Positions 34,198 to 46,243 of a stretch of DNA of 64,000 nt are shown here, one piece after another. The stretch comes from an uncultured Candidatus Peribacteria bacterium (lineage in GTDB: Bacteria > Patescibacteriota > Gracilibacteria > BD1-5 > UBA2023), in assembly GCA_964596675.1 (NCBI GenBank), contig CAZQUZ010000003.1, positions 30,198 through 94,197 of the forward strand. Direction: 5' to 3'. How positions within the stretch are numbered: position 1 is the first letter of the stretch; the number at the start of each line of letters is the position of its first letter. The translations under genes were made by a program, and so were the position numbers. The notes beneath the pieces are model-generated. The model was not told the origin of the DNA. It saw nothing but the letters and a program-made list of their open reading frames with translations, and did not search any database.

Positions 34198-37100
34198 TTA
34201 TTTAATCATATATTGTATAAGTGCGACAGTATCAGATCATGGATACTCTAGATCAAAATCTGTTATATACTCAGCAAGTAATTTACCCTTCCATCCACCG
34301 AATGCTGTAGCAACGGCTAGATTTTTTAACAGCTCTTCTCGGGTTATTTCTTTACCTCCTGCAGCATCCGCTGCTGTAAAAGCCACAGTTTGGATGATTC
34401 ACATTCTCATATTTTCTTTAGAAAATGCTGCTTTTCCAACCTCCATAATCTTCTTTGATGTTTCCTTAAAACCATTTTTTAAGATCATAGCATCGAGTAA
34501 GTCTCCGTAGAACCGCCGTCCTGTAATAGTTTCTAATTTTCCTCAAAGAATTTTTGATCATTTTCAAAGCTGTTCGGACAAAGATACTCCCTGTATCTTA
34601 TCCCATGATCGATTGATCCATTCTTTTGAGTTCATGGCAAGTGACTTTACTGTATTTTGATTGTTGGTACCTGATTCTGTATGGGATGAGGTTGTATTTT
34701 TTGTATTCCCTTTTGTTAGGCGCGCATTTCATGTCGAATCTACCATAAAGTCAGGTCTTTGTTCACTCGCATGTACTTCTCCAGATTTTCATCGAGTCAA
34801 TTTTATATTCCCGAGACGATTCATCCCTCTCATGGCTATTGCCATCATAAATCCTTGTATAATAGACTCATGAGACCACTCACCCCCATCAAGATAGACA
34901 TTCAACATTCCTCATCAGATACCGAGCATTGTTCCATCGATAGCAAGACGTTGCATAGCGGCGGGAATATTATAAGATTTCTGATCTAATTGAGGTGCTA
35001 TATTGAGTTTACCGTGCAACTGGGAGAGCAACTTACCCGCTCACATAAACGCGATAGAAGTCATCCATCCACTTGTATCAAATGTCTGATTTATAGCACC
35101 ATTTATCCCATTTTCATAACCACCGACTACAGCACTGTATCCTACATGAAATGCTGTACCAGATCCGATTGCTCCTATAGCTCCAGCACCGATACGCCCT
35201 AGGGTGCTGAGGTTTCGAAGCTTCTCCAATCGGGCCATAAGTGCTGCTCACCTCACACCATTTACAGCCCAATATCCAGCACTTCCTGTAAATGCACCTG
35301 CTGCCACTGCAACTACCTGAACCGCTAAAGTCTCAAGCGCAAGACTATACCAGTCAGCCCGAGTATCTTTAATAGTAAATAATCCAATTCATTCTATATC
35401 TTTAAAAAGCTCTATCTCTCCAATAGTTCATTTTGATGTTCATTGTTTTACTGCATCGTATGCAAGATTATATTGTAGTGCCATCATCATAGCATTTTCT
35501 TCATCGATTTTCATCATAGCATCCAGCATAACAGAATCATTCTTTGCTTCTTTGGCAAAGCGATTTTTCCTCTCTCCCTGCATAGCATAATATCGCGCTC
35601 TTTTTTCTATCATATCCTCTGTACGATCAGGAGAGAGTCAGAGCTCTCGAATCGCATTTTCTGTAAAATTTCCTGACTGTAATTTTTGTAATTGTGTCGT
35701 AAGTAGGGTTTTATCTACTAATTTTTCTGTAAGTATATCACTCACGATTGTGTATCCATCTAAACCATCTTTTATATACTCATAGAATTTTATCGTAGCA
35801 TCTGGATGATTACTTCGTAATAGCCCTTTCAGATTCTGAAGATGTTTTTCATTCAGATCCGGCAACCACTTTCATAGAATTTTATCGATAGTATCGAAGA
35901 ATTGTTCAGGAGATAATTTCCCAGATAATAGATTTTCTATTTCCTTATTTGCATTTATCTTATTTCCAAGGGCTTGGATAAGGAGCAGGTATTTTTCGAG
36001 TATTTTTTGTTGGTCCTTAAACTTCTCGAATCCATTTTTTGCTTCTGGTGAAAGAGTGCTATATTCGAATAATTTTTGGTTACCATCTTTGCCAATAATG
36101 TACATATTCCCTTCACGAAAAGCCATAACTGGCATCCAAATATTGGATTCTTTTGCTTCTGTTGTATTTGTAATTACTGGTTTCCCTGAAAGGTTATCAT
36201 TTTTTTTTATATCTTCCTCTCATATTGGAAGAGAATGTGAAATAATATATGCCTCCATCTGACTGAGCGTCATATTTTGAGCACGAGCAGCATCTGTCTT
36301 ACGGAGATTCTCGATGATTGGATTTTGTGAAATTCGAGCAAAATAATTGAGAATTGTTATACGAATTGACTCATTCTCTAATATTGTATCGATAGCTTTT
36401 TTTCATGCTGGATCGAGCGTATCGAATCCAATACTTGCTTTTATCTTTTCATTTGTGGCTCATTTTTCATCGTGGATATGGAGCCATTGATAAACACTTA
36501 AAGAACCGATAGGCGTAACGATATTATTAAAAACATCGATATTACTATCTTCTTCGAGTCATAGGGTGGCCCTTCTGAGACTCTGAGTATCTGTGATATG
36601 TATGGATGTATTTTCCTTCTCTTTATAAGGGATGTTCGACACTCAGGCTATTTCAGGTGTTATATCTTCTCATCTGGAATCTCCATTCTCTCATGTTGTA
36701 GAATTTATAGGTTTTATACCATTAAAAATTTCTCCCAATTTATCAAAATTCGAGATCGCACCTACACCGAGCATAGCACCGAGAGTCTTCCAGAATCAGA
36801 GTCATTTCGATGAAAACATAGACCATAATATGCCTCATATGATAGCGACACCTCCGAGAGGACCGGCCTCTTGTATCATCGTACCGAAAAAATCAGTTGT
36901 CCCACTTACAGCCACTCATACTCATTTACCTATACCACCCGCCACAGCACCGACTCATCGTCCCGTCTTTGCAGCTACAGAGTTATCAGCAGGATTATTT
37001 CCATTTTCTATAGGATTTATGGCTGCTTGCGTAGCTTCTCGTATGAGTGGTGAATTATTTATCTTTTCTGCGGCACTGAGAACGGGTCAGATAGATTGAT

Positions 37101-38076
37101 ATTGTTCTACTGTAAGGGGAAAATCTATATTATTGAGATAGCGTGCCGATGAGAGAAATGATTGTTCAGAGGCAGTAAGAGTGCCTCATTGTGATTTTTT
37201 ACGTAAAAATGATGTATAATCTTCTTTTGTCACTTTATCAGAATATATAAGTTCCCCATTTTCATTCTTTTTCGCCGTGTCACTTACGCTCTTACTATAA
37301 TTCGCAAATGATGGATTATTAGCATACAATAATCCTGATTGTAATGCTGAGACAAGTACATTAGATTTTGCGAGATTATGATTTATCTTTGTTTCCACTT
37401 CGACTCTATCATTTTTCTGAGAGTCTATGCGTATCTGATTCTGTGATGTAAATGTAAGTTGGTATCCGAGTCCCTGAAGATCACTGAGCAACATTCCGCC
37501 GAGCATACCACGTACGAGTGGTTCATATTTATGTATTTCTCGCATATCGAGATTTTTGGCTGCAGGGATATCCTGTATCCACTCCAGAGTAGCATATTGA
37601 TCTATCGTATTAATCGCTTTTTGGAGGTTGTCTAGACTCATTTCTGCTAAAAATACTCGGACTGATTCTGCTTTTTTTTCGACCTCATTTCTGATTTTTG
37701 TATCTACGGATTGTACATTTTCCTGACTCTCTATATTCACTACTTCTTCACTAGAAGTTAACGCCAAATTATTTCATTTTTTCTGGGGGAGCATGCGTTT
37801 TTGATTTCTAGAACTGTTGGTTTTTATAGTATTTTTTTGTTTCTCATAACTATTCATGAGAGTTTCATATTCGCGAATCTGGCTCTCCATAAGAGCATCC
37901 TCTCTTTGCGGTTGGAGGATATTTTGTGCTTGCTCTTGTGGTGTCATTTCTTTTCTATATTTTTCTATCTTTTCTCTCATCTCTTTTCTATCGAGCAACG
38001 TTTCTTTTTTTATATTCCCAGATTTGAGTATATCGATTTGTTTCTGGAGCTCTTGATGCAATTCTCTGTCAGACAT
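34198..38076 (-). CDS. giant orphan protein with glycine-zipper membrane segments (1292 aa), island gene 5
   Basis: Codon-by-codon code-25 translation gives one frame joining track ORFs 37774-38076, 37186-37767, 35872-36135, 35638-35865 and 35041-35238, with 32 in-frame TGA codons. An in-frame TAA lies 9 nt upstream of ATG 38076. TAA stop at 34198-34200, 9 nt before the next gene. Gly-rich hydrophobic blocks lie around nt 36780-36960 and 35040-35330. Confidence 0.65.
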
Positions 38077-38176
38077 AAACTTATATTAAAAATGTAATTA
38101 CCCTTTCACTCTACCATATTTGGCTATATTTCGCAAATATTGAGAGCAAATTATTGAGTTTTAGGGAGAATTATAT

Positions 38177-38217
38177 AAAAAAATACTATAAATGCAATTT
38201 ATTCATAGTATTTTTTA
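38177..38217 (-). terminator. terminator after island gene 6
   Basis: Stem ATACTAT / ATAGTAT flanked by A- and T-runs. Confidence 0.5.
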
Positions 38218-38238
38218 TGAGTCAAGATATTTTTAGAA

Positions 38239-39105
38239 TTACACATTCCTGCTGAGAATATCCATATATCCATCCAATCGAGTGATATATGTATCGAGAG
38301 ATTTTTCTTCTGATGGTGATATTTTTTCTTTTAGGAACATCGTATGTCGAAGCTGATTCTGAAGTGTACGGATATATCATATTTGAGTAGGAATCCCCTG
38401 GATAGCTTCTGCAATTTCATGAAAGGAAATATAATCCGATGATGTTAAGTCTACTCACTCTTTTGCTTTTGCAGATTGTATTTCTATAGAAGTCCATTGT
38501 ATTTTTTCCTCGATATTCGATAGTGTTGTTTGGATTTTTCAGATAATAGTATTAAATCGCTCTACATCTTTCGTCACAGGGATAGTAGCTGCACCTTTAA
38601 CTATTGCAGATTGCATATGTTTCTGCGCTGATCGAGTCAATCCGGAAGGTGCTACACTTTTAAAATATTCGATTATCTGTTTTTTTTCTTGGTGAACTCG
38701 TATATCTGCACGACCAGCATAGGACTGAATGATGTTTTGTATATATATCAGCTCATTACCAAATTCTTTTAGAGCTAATTCAAGACGTTTCCATTGATTG
38801 CTAGCGACGAGTTGGAGCTCTGTTTCTTTGCGAGCATATTCGGAAGTAGGCAACCATCTTTTAGTGGTATCTAGTATTTCCATTGCTCTGCCATGAAATT
38901 CCTCATTAACATGATTTACTGTAAGTCACAAAGAAATCACATTTATATATTGCAGAGGATTCGAAGATCAAAATATACTTGTTTTAAAAACAAATTCATC
39001 TGGTATAATATATCTTCATCACGAATTGTCAGTAACAGAGTTTGCTGTAGAAGGGGGATTCTCTTCTTGTTCGGGATTGTCCGATATATTATGTGGATTA
39101 TTCAT
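38239..39105 (-). CDS. hypothetical alpha-helical protein (288 aa), island gene 6
   Basis: Track ORF 38539-38883 is extended downstream through TGA to TAA at 38239-38241, and upstream in an open frame to ATG 39105. An alternative start is ATG 38883. A TTGACT-N17-TATAAT-like promoter lies about 30 nt upstream of 39105. Confidence 0.5.
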
Positions 39106-39344
39106 AAATATGAAGTGAAATAATAATATTATTATATAATATAATTTTCATAAAGTCAATATATCTATTTCAATTAATTGATTGACAAATGTATATAAAT
39201 GTATCGAAATACACATTTTTATTTGCTTTTTTTCTTTTCTCTTCTATACTCCGAGCGAATTTTATTTCTTATGTGGTGTACACTGTAGTATCCGGTATAG
39301 AGCCGGGAAGATTCACCCATTATTTTTTCACTCCCATTTCGATT

Positions 39345-41156
39345 ATGAAATACCGCAATATCGCCATCATCGCCCACGTAGACCACGGTAAGACGACTCT
39401 CGTCGATGCCCTCCTGAAACAGTCTGGTACATTTCGTGAGAACGAAGCCGTCGGTACTGCTATCATGGACTCGAACGACCAGGAAAAAGAGCGTGGTATC
39501 ACCATCTACGCGAAGAACACTGCCGTCATGTATAACGATGTCAAAATCAATATCGTCGATACTCCAGGGCATGCGGACTTCGGATCTGAGGTGGAGCGTG
39601 TACTGCGTATGGTAGACTCAGTCTGTCTCGTCGTGGATGCCTACGAGGGACCGATGCCACAGACCAAGTTCGTCCTGAAAAAAGCCCTCCAACTCGGACT
39701 GAAGCCTCTCGTCGTCATAAACAAGATCGACAAGCCTACAGCTCAGCCAGATGCAGTCGTGGATATGTTATTTGATCTCTTCGTCCAGCTCGGTGCGACC
39801 GATGAGCAGCTCGATATCACCGATGGTCGTATCGTCTACGCTATAGCTCGTGATGGTATCGCGATAAAGAATATGAACGACGCTCGTGAGAATATCAATC
39901 CACTCTTTGATACTATCCTCGAGAAAGTCGCAGAAGCTCAAAATGATACAGAAAAACCATTTAAGATGCAGGTCGCGAATCTCGCCTACGACAACTATGT
40001 CGGACGTATGGGTGTCGGTCGTGTCTACGAGGGCAAGGCGAAAGTCGGTCAAACCGTCACGATCGTCGCAAATGATGGAACTCGCCGTACCGGTAAGATA
40101 TCAAAGCTCTATACCACTCTCGGTCTCAAGAAAGTAGAAACAGATGAGGTGGAGGCAGGTGATATCATCACGATAGCTGGTATCCCAGATATCTATGTAG
40201 GTGAGACGGTCTCTACAGATGCGGGTGTCGAGGCTATGCCAGCCATCACCGTCGATGCTCCGACTCTGAAGATGGAGTTCATGGTAAATGACTCTCCATT
40301 CGCTGGAAAGGAGGGAAAATATGTCACCTCTCGCCAGATCCGTGAGCGCCTCGAGAAAGAAACTGAGATGAACGTAGGTCTCGCTATCGACTTCGAGAAC
40401 TCTGATGGAAATAGTTATATGGTCTCTGGTCGTGGTGAGCTCCACCTCTCTGTCCTCGTCGAGACGATGCGCCGTGAGGGATTCGAGCTCCAGGTCGGAT
40501 GTCCTCAGGTCATCTTCCATGAGGTAAATGGGAAAAAACACGAGCCTATAGAAAATGTCGTCATGTGGGTTCCAGAAGATCGCTCTGGTACGATATTCGA
40601 AATGCTCGGAAAACGTAAGGGTATCTGTAAAAATATGAATACCGTCAATGGTATCACGAATATGGAGTTCGAAGTGCCGACTCGTGGACTCCTCGGATTC
40701 CGTTCTAGATTTGTCATCGAGACAAAGGGTGAGGGTATCATCTACTCATCATTCGACCACTATGAGGAGTATAAGGGTGCTATCGAAAAGCGTGATGTCG
40801 GATCTATGATATCTGGATTTCCTGGTACTGCTATGGCATACTCACTCTGGAATCTCGAAGAGCGTGGACCTATCCTCATCGAGCCAGGTACTGAACTCTA
40901 CGAGGGTATGATCATCGGTGAGCACCTGAAAGGATCTGACCTCGTCGTGAATGCTACGAAGAACAAGCAACTCACAAATATGCGTGCCTCTGGTACAGAC
41001 GAAGCTATCCGTCTCACTCCTATCCGCAAGATGACACTCGAAGACTGTCTCGACTATATCGGAGAAGACGAGCTCGTCGAGGTGACTCCAGAGAACCTCC
41101 GCCTCCGTAAAAAATGGCTCACAGAAAATGAGCGCAAAAAGCATGGTGGGAAATAA
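39345..41156 (+). CDS. typA: translational GTPase TypA/BipA
   Basis: 603 aa starting [19 protein letters not shown], with DTPGHADF and NKIDK. It contains no in-frame TGA. The track ORF starts earlier (39189) in the same stop-free frame. Confidence 0.95.
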   Translation: MKYRNIAIIAHVDHGKTTLVDALLKQSGTFRENEAVGTAIMDSNDQEKERGITIYAKNTAVMYNDVKINIVDTPGHADFGSEVERVLRMVDSVCLVVDAYEGPMPQTKFVLKKALQLGLKPLVVINKIDKPTAQPDAVVDMLFDLFVQLGATDEQLDITDGRIVYAIARDGIAIKNMNDARENINPLFDTILEKVAEAQNDTEKPFKMQVANLAYDNYVGRMGVGRVYEGKAKVGQTVTIVANDGTRRTGKISKLYTTLGLKKVETDEVEAGDIITIAGIPDIYVGETVSTDAGVEAMPAITVDAPTLKMEFMVNDSPFAGKEGKYVTSRQIRERLEKETEMNVGLAIDFENSDGNSYMVSGRGELHLSVLVETMRREGFELQVGCPQVIFHEVNGKKHEPIENVVMWVPEDRSGTIFEMLGKRKGICKNMNTVNGITNMEFEVPTRGLLGFRSRFVIETKGEGIIYSSFDHYEEYKGAIEKRDVGSMISGFPGTAMAYSLWNLEERGPILIEPGTELYEGMIIGEHLKGSDLVVNATKNKQLTNMRASGTDEAIRLTPIRKMTLEDCLDYIGEDELVEVTPENLRLRKKWLTENERKKHGGK

Positions 41157-41165
41157 AAACCATTT

Positions 41166-41198
41166 AAAAAATCCTCTTAAAAGTAAGAGGATTTTTTG
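41166..41198 (+). terminator. rho-independent terminator
   Basis: Stem ATCCTCTTA / TAAGAGGAT, then a T-run. Confidence 0.7.
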
Positions 41199-41230
41199 AT
41201 TTTTATACAGTAATATGTTAGTCTTATAGT

Positions 41231-42235
41231 ATGTTACAGATAAACCCCGAGACAACTGAACATCAAGATAACCCTATATCCTCTTTAGAAACAGAAAGAC
41301 AGGTGAGGTATTTTTCTGAACGAAGTATGAATATCCTTGAAACCTGAGGCAATATACTCGTGCTAGGTGGTGGTATATTGGTATTGTGAACTAAGAATAC
41401 AGGACCTATATTAGAGCTTTTAGGAACCACTACTATGCTATACTGATGATATTTTTTACATAGACTTGATCGCATGATATCCGAATTCAGTTGAACAGAA
41501 CCGTACGTTACAAAATTCAAAAGACAACTACGCTCAAGCCATATACACCATAATCCCGCATATACACTAGAACCTTTACCCACAAACCTAAATAATATCA
41601 CCTGGTATGTAAATGTATCACCATATATTAGATGGAGGGTTCCTGTGATTCAAAATAAAATATCAGATTGATTAAAATTTTATCCTGTAGAGCTGTTAGA
41701 AAAACATCTTTCGACTATTATAATAGAGTCTTTTCCTGGTACAATCAATAAACTTTGATCAGCTTCTCGGGATCAAAAAACAATACGCATAGGACCCGTC
41801 GCTGATCCTTTATTAGAAATAATTTTGCATCATGAGATGGTACATATGATCTTTTTACACTGAGTGATAAAAAAATTTATCAGAGAATGGACGACTCAAT
41901 TTTGAGAATATAATGGAGAACACCATGATTATGCTCCACACCCATTGGAAAATAGGAAAACATATGGTGCAATATGAGGGGCTCCGGAAGATATGGCAAC
42001 TATTGGACAATATTTATTCTCGAAGTCGGGATGGGGAACCTTAGAAGAAACACTCTATCGCGATACAACGTGAAGCATACCCAGTATATTACAACAAAAA
42101 ATCGATACTCTTATACGATTTTTCGAGAAACAATCAAAATGAAAAATGAATAAAGAATATTTTAACCTCATAAGAATAGGGGAAATAACAAATGGTGAAG
42201 ATGCTCAAACATATTTTAGAACCGCGCGAAAGTAA
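41231..42235 (+). CDS. hypothetical protein with HExxH motif (putative Zn-metallopeptidase, 334 aa)
   Basis: Open only under code 25 (about 12 TGA codons). It contains LEIILHHEMVHMIF and a hydrophobic N-terminal segment (NILVLGGGILVLG). Confidence 0.55.
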
Positions 42236-42241
42236 AAAAAC

Positions 42242-42269
42242 TTGACTTCACACCCTTTTCCTATAGAAT
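42242..42269 (+). promoter_or_regulatory. promoter TTGACT-N16-TAGAAT
   Basis: Lies upstream of the S21-like gene. Confidence 0.5.
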
Positions 42270-42306
42270 CCGCTCGAAATTTCTCTATTTTTTATCCCAT
42301 CTTCCC

Positions 42307-42504
42307 ATGATCTGCTTCGCTGTCCGCAAAGAAAATGAGTCAAGTGAAAAGCTCCTTATGCGCTATAAGAAGTCATTCTTCCAGACTCGTACTGCGAATA
42401 AACTCAAAAATTCTCAGACTCACACACGCAGTCTTTCTGCTCGTAAGATTCGAGAAAAGGCTATAGTCCGAGAGTACTATCGCGCTGTCACAAAAAAAGT
42501 GTAG
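42307..42504 (+). CDS. rpsU: 30S ribosomal protein S21-like
   Basis: A 65-aa basic protein. VRKENESSEKLLMRYKK parallels the S21 motif VREGESLDSALRRFKR. Confidence 0.6.
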   Translation: MICFAVRKENESSEKLLMRYKKSFFQTRTANKLKNSQTHTRSLSARKIREKAIVREYYRAVTKKV

Positions 42505-42530
42505 TCATTTTTGTACACTCTATGTATACG

Positions 42531-42557
42531 AAATCCCTCCAAATGGAGGGATTTTTC
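42531..42557. terminator. bidirectional terminator
   Basis: Stem AAATCCCTCC / GGAGGGATTT with loop AAAT. Confidence 0.7.
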
Positions 42558-42561
42558 TGAG

Positions 42562-43326
42562 TTACACTATCGCTCGAGCGAGATTCGTGAAGTGGACGAT
42601 AGAGGCACGTCGTTTATTCGACTCCATTAAGTTAATCACATCATGTGTAGTGCCAGGAAGAGGCGATTTTGCTCATATGACGCGATGATAGAGATCACCA
42701 GGGAAGAGCTTCATCCGTCACTCCTGATAATCACTCCTGATAATCCGTCCATCAGGAGTATGCATACGAAGCCCCGGATCTGTCTCATACAACGCGAGAG
42801 TCAGAAACCCTCTATCTTCATGTGGTTTCGCAAGATACTCCATGTGGGATTTCGGACGATACTGGAGGATGCGAGTATTCGAGTTCGTCGTACGTGATGC
42901 TGGGTCTACATAGAGGTATGAGTGTATCTGTTCATCCTCACCTGCGAGGATATCGAAAATATCCCTCACTACGCTATCCATCTCTCGATATACCTCTCGG
43001 AGAGATGCGAGAAACCTGGTATACTCTACTGAATCTGGAAAGTGTCGCTGCGACTCGAGAAACGGGTGATAGTGGAAATAGTATTTCTCATCATGATTAT
43101 CCTTTACGCTCCTATCGACGAATCCGACATCGATATCCTGCGCTCTATCGAACATACCATATGTCTGAGTGAGGACTTCAGGTGTGATTCTCGCTATAGC
43201 CTCCCGAAATCGGGTGACACACTGGAACGCCTCAGATGCACGTATCGGCGAATCCATCTCGATATATCACTGTTCACGAAAGGCGATAAAAATATCGTCT
43301 CGTGATGGCAGAATTATAGATGGCAT
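42562..43326 (-). CDS. 2OG-Fe(II) oxygenase family protein
   Basis: 254 aa. It has the HxD motif (KPHEDRGFLTLAL) and the distal PGDLYHRV region. The track ORF 42718-43257 is extended at both ends under code 25. Confidence 0.65.
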
Positions 43327-43369
43327 AGGAGAGAAGAGTAATGTATTCAAACTATACAATATATAGAAT

Positions 43370-43394
43370 CAAAAAGAAGTCAATACGACTTCTT
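43370..43394 (-). terminator. rho-independent terminator
   Basis: Stem AGAAGTC / GACTTCT, with a U-run on the minus strand. Confidence 0.55.
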
Positions 43395-43398
43395 TCTT

Positions 43399-44715
43399 TT
43401 ATTTCTTATGTTTGGTTTCTGATTTCTCTATCTCTATCTTCTCTATCACGTTATCATCGACCTCCACGACACGCAGGACTATCGCTCCAGCGGCTCATAC
43501 GAATCTCACCTCTCGACCGACCGTCGGGAACTCCTCTTCCTCTGCCATGATGACATACGAGAGTGGCTCACCGATATAGCTCTCTGGGATACCATAGTCC
43601 TCTGCCTGGATGTCATACTCTTCGAGGATATCATCCATGAGGACGGTGCCGACGGCATCGATCTTACCACCTTTATGCTTACGGAGGTAGATTTCTTCTT
43701 TATCCTTTTCATCCTTTATATCACCGAATACCTCTTCGAGTACGTCCTCCATCGTCACGACTCAGGCGGTACCACCATGCTCATCGAGGACGAGCGCGAT
43801 ATGACGACGAGATTTTTGGAATTTTTCGAAGAGATCATCGAGGGGCTGTGTGAGTGGGACCTTCATGATTTTTTCGAGTTCGAGAGACTTCAGCTTCGCC
43901 TTACCATGGCCATCTCGCTGCAGCTTAAATGCCTCTCGAAATGTGATAACATGATCGATATCATCCGTCGTCTCACCATAGACCGGGACTCGTGAGTGGG
44001 AAGATGCCATCAGGAACTCACAGACCTCATCCACAGTCTGACGCAGTGATGCGAACTCGACATTCACACGAGGAGTCATGACGCTCTCCGCAGTCGTCTC
44101 ACCGAGAGAGAGGAGATTTTTTATCTGACGACGCTCAGAATTCTCCACTGCACCACCCTGATGAGACATATCGATAAATGCATCGAGCTCTTCTTCTGTG
44201 ACGACCGTATGTCCATGAAAATCAATCTTTCCACCAAGTATCCATCAAAGTCATCGCATGAAAAACTCGACCAACCAAGTGAGTGGAAGACATATCCAGA
44301 CGAGTATCTGATAGATAGGGGCGACTTTCAGCGCTACAGAGTCAGAAAACCTCACACCGATAATCTTCGCAGCAATCTCACCAAAGAGTAGTATCGTCAA
44401 AAAAGCAAATATATACACGATCGTAGTCGCAAGGTGTTCATTCAGATGAAATACTCGTATCACTTCTGGTGTGATATATTTCTCAGCGATGAGCGTAGGT
44501 GCACTCGTCACAAGAAGTGTACCTATAAGATTTGTCACAAGAAGACGTTCATTTTGTTTCTTGAGTCTGGCGAGAGTACGTGCTCAGAAACGCTTCTGAC
44601 GTATCCATCCATCGAGCTTATGCTGACTCACTGACATAAGAGGTATCTCTGTACCAGCGAAAAATGCAAGAGCAGCAACTAAGAGAAGAAAGACCAATAA
44701 GGGTAGAGGATCCAC
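43399..44715 (-). CDS. CNNM/CorC/HlyC-family transporter-associated protein (DUF21 + CBS pair + CorC_HlyC)
   Basis: 438 aa joining track ORFs 44251-44538, 43762-44169 and 43495-43758. The GTG start at 44715 is tentative. Confidence 0.8.
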
Positions 44716-44778
44716 AGGAAGTATATGAAAAATAAAATCGATACGAGTATATGAAAAATCAGTGAAAAAGCAATACAG

Positions 44779-45951
44779 CTATTTCTGCGCGCGTAGGAGG
44801 AATAATATGAGGAGTATGTGTGATATGACGAAGACATTCAGTGAGAGAAATCCGAGACCGAGAACGAGTCCAGATATCGCATAACTCGGGAGTCTCGGAT
44901 ATCGATAGATGATGAGAGATAGACATGCCACGAGACCAAATATGCCATAAAAAGCGAACACATCGATGAAAATATTATGTGAAGAGTCTATGATCATCCT
45001 ATCTGGAAAATATGATACTATCTCATCTGGACGAGAAGCACTAAAAAAGTGAATGATGGCATCTGGACCATATCAGAAGAGTAGTCCCGAAATACTCTCT
45101 CACATCATCATAAGTGTATGTTTCATGAGGATGAATCGGGATATCAGAGAGAGCCACTTCTCACTGCCAAAGAAGAGGAGTATCGCTCAGATAGCTCATA
45201 TGAGGATCACGCTCCCGAATATATACCATCGCTCTCTCGGGAAAACATGTGATACTGATAGGAAAAATAGATATAAAAGAGTGAAAGATATCCCTATAAG
45301 ACTGCCCGTGCTCAGTATCGCGAGGGTAAAGAATACAAAGAGGAAATATCTGAGCCGTACGGGGAGCGTCACGATGAGAGGCAAGAGAAAGAGGAGATAT
45401 CAGGCAGTATAGTTCGGATTCCCGAGTGTACTGGCACTCCGTATCGTCCCCCAGCTCCCGACTGAGAGGTATGGTCATCCGGTGAAGATATTATAACCCA
45501 GTCACTCGATAATCGCGATAATCGCCACAATACTCGATGATACGAGGACTATCTGGGTGAGTCGATGATATTCTGCTCTCGTACATACCGACAGAGCGAG
45601 TCATACGATGATACTCCCGATGATCATGAGATATCCATGCTGTTTTTCTCAGATACCGAGGAAAAAATCTCTCCAAATGTCATCTATATAATAGAAAGGA
45701 AGAAGTAAGAAGAATGATCCAAAAAATAGAGATTTCCCATATCAGATGGCATGTATCATTTTGCCTAACGCCTCTTTTTTATAGATACACGACTCACCGA
45801 GAGTCCATACCACACCGATCAGAAAGAGGTGCATCTTTACGGACTCGAAGTTGCCGATACCATTGTCTATGATAAAGTGCTCACCGAATCGTGCGAACGT
45901 ATGAGAAAATATGAGTGGGATGAGGGCAAAAATAGCATACAGACTGTACAT
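44779..45951 (-). CDS. O-antigen ligase/polymerase-like polytopic membrane protein
   Basis: 390 aa with more than 10 hydrophobic helices. SSHNIFIDVFAFYGIFGL matches the Wzy_C HN..L......G..G motif. I translated it codon by codon under code 25. Confidence 0.6.
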
Positions 45952-46070
45952 AAATGTCAGTATAGAGAAGACCGAGGAAAAATCAAAAAACCCACGACTA
46001 TGGGTATAGCGTGGGCTTAGAAGAGAATGCCTCGGTCACTCACTGTGAGAATATAAAAAAATGATTCTCG

Positions 46071-46243
46071 GGAGGACAACGTAGGTCAAGGGGGTGGGTA
46101 CTTAACCCGTAAGATGCGAGCATCTTAGCCTAACTGACTTTTCGGTGTAATGTTTAACGTGCACTACCGAGTCACGTTTTGCCCAGTGTGGGACTCGTAT
46201 CCTATCTCCTATACATAAGAAATACGATACGAGTCCTCCACCA
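46071..46243 (+). ncRNA. candidate ~173-nt RNA with tRNA-like acceptor end (class unknown)
   Basis: The 5' GGAGGAC can pair with the 3' GUCCUCC, which is followed by ACCA and then a U-run (46247-46252). Internal hairpins: GGGUACUUAACCC, AAGAUGCGAGCAUCUU, and GACU..UCGGU...ACCGAGUC. An 11-bp hairpin GGACUCGUAUC/GAUACGAGUCC competes with the acceptor pairing. It lies in an 800-nt gene-free region. Confidence 0.35.

Noticed and set aside
33695-34510. Long antisense ORFs in the track: 33695-34510 (+, 271 aa), 1633-2304 and 1754-2329 (-), 55129-55869 (-, 246 aa), 59538-60242 (+, 234 aa), 18322-18879 (-) and 26959-27438 (-).
   Set aside because: Each lies opposite a well-supported gene (island gene 4/5, the secreted protein, rny, glyA, the VirD4-like paralog and era). 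Their products are low-complexity with no motifs.
28893-39105. Prophage interpretation of the island, with the giant Gly-rich protein as a tape-measure protein.
   Set aside because: I found no terminase, portal, capsid, tail, integrase or att repeats, and the genes are split between strands. Tape-measure-like ancestry of the 1292-aa protein is kept only as a hypothesis to test.
39189-39344. N-terminal 52-aa extension of TypA given by the track.
   Set aside because: The extension starts at a non-ATG codon, is hydrophobic and low-complexity, and precedes the canonical [17 protein letters not shown] start. It is simply a stop-free upstream region.
46071-46243. A confident call of this RNA as tmRNA (ssrA).
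   Set aside because: It is too short (about 173 nt), has no G3:U70 pair, no canonical T-loop, and only a 6-codon candidate tag. I report it as an unclassified candidate.
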